Below are positions 59,980 through 64,000 of a stretch of DNA of 64,000 nucleotides, one piece after another (position 1 is the first letter of the stretch; every line of letters begins with the position of its first letter). The notes beneath the pieces are model-generated. The model worked only from the letters and a program-made list of their open reading frames with translations. It did not search any database and had not been told where the DNA came from. The DNA is from Sedimentisphaerales bacterium (GTDB taxonomy: Bacteria > Planctomycetota > Phycisphaerae > Sedimentisphaerales > Anaerobacaceae), in contig OY970194.1 of the NCBI GenBank assembly GCA_963708075.1, positions 672,001-736,000 of the forward strand, read 5' to 3'. The position numbers and the translations under genes were made by a program.

Positions 59980-62444
59980 CTATCGTTCCGCGTCGGCGCG
60001 GATCATGCGGATGCCAAACACGGCGGCGATCTCATTTCCGTTGGTGGCCTGGAACCGTACGGTCACCTTCTGCTTGTCCTTGACCAGTTCCGCCGGTACG
60101 GGGTATTCGACGTCGAAGAACCGCACCGGCCCGCCTCTCTCAATCGTCTGCTCGCCCACGCGCTGCCCGTCGACGAGAATGTCAAAGGTGCGCCTGCGCC
60201 ACTCGTCGCTGTAGTAGGTCACGACAAGAGCCATGGGCTGGCCGGGCTCCACGGGAAGATCGAAGGAGAACCATTTTGTGCCGCGACGCGCAGGCCGGCC
60301 CATCACGCGGTCGGGCGAACTGTCCTCGCCCTGGTAGTTGAAGTCCCGCTCGGGCTGCATCTCGCCCGGCTGCACGAAGGCCACCGTGGCTGCTTCGAGC
60401 TTGCGCTGCCGCTCCCGTTCGGCGGCAATTTCGGCGGCTCTCTTCTCCCATTCGGCGGGCGTGAGCAAATCCCAGTACACGCCGTAGGTGCGCCGATGCA
60501 GACGGTAAAAGGGTACGAAATCCACGTCGTTTTCACGCCCGACGCCGTCGGTGCGGAACTGGCCCGGCTTGTCGGCTACCGGTTTGAGCCACTCGGTCAC
60601 TGGTCGCTCCGCCGCGACGAAGACCGGCACTCTCGGCTGCTCTGCGCGGCGCCTCGGCCTCGTCTCTGAACCTCGGGACCCAGGTCGCCGGCCAATACCA
60701 GCGGGCCCCACAGGATCGCGACGCGACGCGGGTTGTCGGGCAACGGCTCCAGTCGCAGTGTCTTGGGCAGGGTCAGCTCCACGACATCACCACTCTTCCA
60801 GGTTCGTTTCAGCTCGACGTACGAGCTGATCGGGGCAAATGACTGCTCCACTCTGCGGCGGCTGTCTCGCTCACGGCCTGGATCGCCGGCAGGGGGGGCC
60901 CGTCCGGCCGGATCTTCCACTGTTTCGCCATTGACTTTGACCGCATACCCTTCCCCGGCCCACCAGGGCCGACGCAGGGCCAGTGTGAATTCCCTGGGCG
61001 ATTCAAGCGTCAGCGTGAGCTTCGCCGACTCGCCTTCCGGAAAATCGGTGTCCATCGCCAGTTTTACACCCGCGGCGGTCCAGTCCGCCGTGGAGGGCGC
61101 ATACAGATTCACCCAGAGTCTGTCGCCGGATTCATAGTAGATCCCATCTCCGTGCAGTGCGTGGCTCTCCATGCCCGAGCCGACGCAGCAGGTGAAGGAG
61201 CGGAACATGTCCTGGTACTCGTGCTGCACGCCCCGGCCGACGGGCACCATGTAGCAGGTCCGGCCGTCGTTGGGGTCGATGGAGGCCAGAATGTGGTTGA
61301 ACAGGGCTCGCTCGTGGAAATCGGCGTAGTGGGCATCTGGCCGTAGCGAGAACATCCGGCGGGTCAGCTTGAGCATGTTGTAGACGTTGCAGGTCTCGGC
61401 CGTGCGGCCGTCCACACGATCGCTCATCATATCGGCTTTGCCGAAGTATTCATCCTTGCCGTGGCCGCCTGTGGCGAAGCTGTGATGCTGCACGACACGA
61501 TCCCAGAAGAATCCTGCCGCCATGATGTCCGCAGCTTCGCCCGTATAGGCAAAACGATCCGCTGAGCCGATGAGCTTGGGCACCTGTGTGTTGCCGTGCT
61601 TGCCTTCGAGGTTGTCCTGGTGACGCTGCAGCGGGTCGATAAAGGAGCGATGCTCAAATTCATACGAAAGGTCCAGCCAGCGTTTGTCGCCCGTATCGGC
61701 GTACAGGTCGGCGAAGATCTCGTTCATGCCGCCGAACTCGGTGCTGAGCATCCGTTGAACCTGAGCGTCACTGAGCTTGGAGACGATCCCTTCGGCCCAC
61801 GCCGCGAACTTGATCTCGACGTCCAACGCGGTCTTGTTGCCCGTGTAACGCCAGGCGTCGCGCAGGCCCGCGTAGGTCTTGTGCAGGGTGTACCACGGGG
61901 ACCACATGCCGTTGAGGTCGAAGCCGCCGGAGCGGATGTTGCCCTGCGATACCTGCTGAAAGAGCGTCTCACCGTCGGTGCCCTGGCTGTCCGTCAGGGC
62001 GCCGCAGTAACCATTGCCTCGCTTATCCTGAGCCTCTTTCATTTCTTTGACGAGGTAATCCGCGCGTTCCTTGAATCGGGCGTCGCCCGTGGCGGCATAC
62101 ATCAGACTGATGGCGGAGAGATAGTGTCCCGCGATGTGGCCCGTCAGTTGCTTGCCGTTGACCGAGTCCCACCCGCCGTAGCCCTCGGCCTTCGGTTGCA
62201 GCCCGGCACGGATGCGATAACCCGCCATCATCCGGTCGGGTTCGAGCTTGAGTAGATACTCGGCAGTCACATCCTGAGCCCGCTTGAGAGGTCCGCCGAG
62301 CAGCCGCACATGACTTATATCCACGGGGCGGGCCTGAAGCAGCGTCTTCTCAAAGCCGGCAACGCCCGGATCCGTCGCCTCCGCATGGACCTGACTGCAA
62401 ACCATCAAAGCAAGAAGGATGGAACTCAGAGTAGCTTTCTTCAT
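59980..62444 (-). CDS. GH146/GH127-family glycoside hydrolase; frameshift at ~60625-60680
   Basis: YGGWD, GHIAGHYLSA, PWYTLHK, EFGGMNE, HGNTQVPK, ETCNVYNMLKL, CCVGSGMESH, GPLVLAG; C-terminal PFYRLHRRTYGVYW and QPGEMQPERD in the adjacent frame. Confidence 0.85.
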
Positions 62445-62507
62445 GTGATTTCCCTTACTGCCACGCCGCCGCGTCTTGAGTCGCAACAAGCTGAACAACT
62501 GCGCTGC

Positions 62508-62571
62508 ATTATGGATAGCTCGCCATCATGAGACAATGCACAATTGCGTCTTTCTTTCGCCACTTTGCGAC
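62508..62571 (-). promoter_or_regulatory. Divergent XylR-type operator plus -10 upstream of the GH146/GH127 pair
   Basis: Minus strand TCGCAAAGTGGCGAAAGAAAGACGCAATTGTGCATT-N21-CATAAT, same geometry as the four copies at 21.6-34.5 kb. Confidence 0.5.
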
Positions 62572-62718
62572 AGGGCTCTCATATGTGGACCGATGTCCGG
62601 GATGCGCCGTGCTGAAACGGCAACAGTCTTCCACGATCTTCTTGCAAAGCTGCCACACTTTATGTAAGGTAAGTGCGAGTGTTGTCGCTATGAGTTCTTT
62701 TTCGGATCATAGGACCAC

Positions 62719-62792
62719 GGGCGGTTAGCTCAGTTGGCCAGAGCGCCTGCCTTACACGCAGGATGTCGCAGGTTCAAATCCTGCACCGCCCA
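62719..62792 (+). tRNA. tRNA-Val(TAC)
   Basis: GGGCGGT...ACCGCCC-A acceptor; anticodon arm CCTGC-CTTACAC-GCAGG; GGTTCAAATCC T-loop; CCA not encoded. Confidence 0.95.
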
Positions 62793-62829
62793 TTCACCAG
62801 GCCGTGGAGACCGAGGATTCACGGCGAAA

Positions 62830-64000
62830 TCACCGGCCCCGCCATTCGCCGACCATGCGCTTGAGACGATGCAGGATGCCGTCACGCGCCAGCTCGACCG
62901 GGGCGGTCGCGGAGGCGCGCAGCTTCTCCAGCGACGCGGCATTTTCCCGGGCGCGGGCCGCCGCCAATTCCGAGAGCGCCTGCGGAATCTCCTCCCGCAG
63001 CGACAGCAGGTGGGCGAAGGTGCCGCGGTCGAATTCGAGCAATTCGCAGTGCGTGGCGGCCGTCATGGTCGCGCTCCTCGGCAAGCCGGTCAGAAGGCTC
63101 ATCTCGCCGAACAGCGCCCCGGGCTTAAGTTCGAATTCGATGGGGCGGGCGGTGTCATTCGCAATGGTGCCTTGGACTTTTCCCTGCACCAGGATATAGA
63201 ACGACTCCCCGTCGTCGCCTTGGCGCATCAGGACCTCGCCATGGGTGAACCGGATACGTTTCACGCCTCTGGCCACGGTCTTCAACTCGTCGCGGCTGAG
63301 CATGCAGACGCCGTCGGGGCCGGCCATGAGCTTGCGCCCGAAATCGCTGCGGATCAGGTCATCCGCACTTCGCTCGATCTCCGAGGCCAGCGGCTTCTCA
63401 AATCGCTGGGCATGGACCGCCTGCATGAAGTTGTCGAGCAGGCGGCCGCTCATGGGAAACGGGATCTCGATCCCGCGGCGCGTGAATTTGTACCAGATCA
63501 TCCGCATCACGTGGCCTTCGATCATCGTGCGACGCTCGTACTGCATCGACCAGAAACGCAGCACGTACTCGATGCAGAAATCCTTGAAACCGGTCACGTA
63601 AGCGTCCGGCGCCGGCTCTTTCTCGACCATGGGCACACTTTGCGCGGCCTCGACCAATGCGGCGATGACATCGCCCGGCGCATCGCCGTAACTGGCCGAC
63701 ACCGGCACATCGTGCCGGCGCAGGCTCGTGGGGGAGGAAAGATTGCGGAGGGTCGCGTCCGCCATTTTGCCGTTGGGGACGATGACGATATGACCGCCGA
63801 GGGTGCGCAGTCGTGTCTCACGCCAGTTGACCAGAGTCACCTGCCCAATCGTTCCGTCCACCTCGATCCAGTCACCCACGGCCATGGAGCGGCAGGCGTG
63901 CAGGGACATGCCCGCCAGCAGATTGCCCAGCACTCCCTGCATGGCGAAGCCGATGACGCCGGTGACGATCGCCGTCGAGGTAAGCAGCACGCCGATCTTG
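62830..64000 (-). CDS. MscS-family mechanosensitive channel with C-terminal cyclic-nucleotide-binding domain; 5'-partial
   Basis: IGFAMQGVLGNLLAG, GDWI, IVPN, GIEIPFP; QGDDGESFYI, FGEMSLLTGLPRSAT. Confidence 0.88.
   Translation of the reverse strand, partial: KIGVLLTSTAIVTGVIGFAMQGVLGNLLAGMSLHACRSMAVGDWIEVDGTIGQVTLVNWRETRLRTLGGHIVIVPNGKMADATLRNLSSPTSLRRHDVPVSASYGDAPGDVIAALVEAAQSVPMVEKEPAPDAYVTGFKDFCIEYVLRFWSMQYERRTMIEGHVMRMIWYKFTRRGIEIPFPMSGRLLDNFMQAVHAQRFEKPLASEIERSADDLIRSDFGRKLMAGPDGVCMLSRDELKTVARGVKRIRFTHGEVLMRQGDDGESFYILVQGKVQGTIANDTARPIEFELKPGALFGEMSLLTGLPRSATMTAATHCELLEFDRGTFAHLLSLREEIPQALSELAAARARENAASLEKLRASATAPVELARDGILHRLKRMVGEWRGR

Noticed and set aside
660..60680. Programmed ribosomal frameshifting or phase variation at the seven frame breaks
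   Set aside because: No slippery heptamers or long simple-sequence tracts at the sites I could localise; these gene families are not known to be recoded.

Overview
GC-rich bacterial window. The gene content (DUF1559-type pilin-like genes, LamG/dockerin secreted proteins, GH106/GH127 enzymes, HzsA-like protein) suggests a Planctomycetota, probably Phycisphaerae/Sedimentisphaerales-like; this taxonomy is inference. Layout: (1) 1-18.8 kb mixed genes: pilB/pilC, 2H phosphoesterase, cupin, nupC, glgP, GT-C-like membrane protein, FAD oxidoreductase, FHA protein, rhomboid, K+ channel, Zn-PLC, PRC-barrel, amidohydrolase, GH16. (2) 18.9-43.0 kb catabolic locus around an XylR-type regulator, with four transcription units sharing one operator/promoter motif. 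It encodes a divergent argininosuccinate-lyase-like enzyme, a PrpD-like enzyme, a P-loop kinase-like protein, ComA, a YeiH-type exporter, a two-subunit Fe-S hydro-lyase, two UroD-like proteins, RhaM, an SSS symporter, a pilin, two LamG proteins and GH106. (3) 43.3-48.3 kb Mo/W-related operon with a perfect ModE-type palindrome and a ModE-like wHTH domain fused in frame ahead of a prepilin cleavage site. (4) tRNA-Ala(CGC) and a hydrazine-synthase-like heme operon. (5) HU, two GH127/146 enzymes, tRNA-Val(TAC) and an MscS-cNMP channel. Seven genes carry single frameshifts that look like assembly errors. All family calls come from motif recognition, not database searches.
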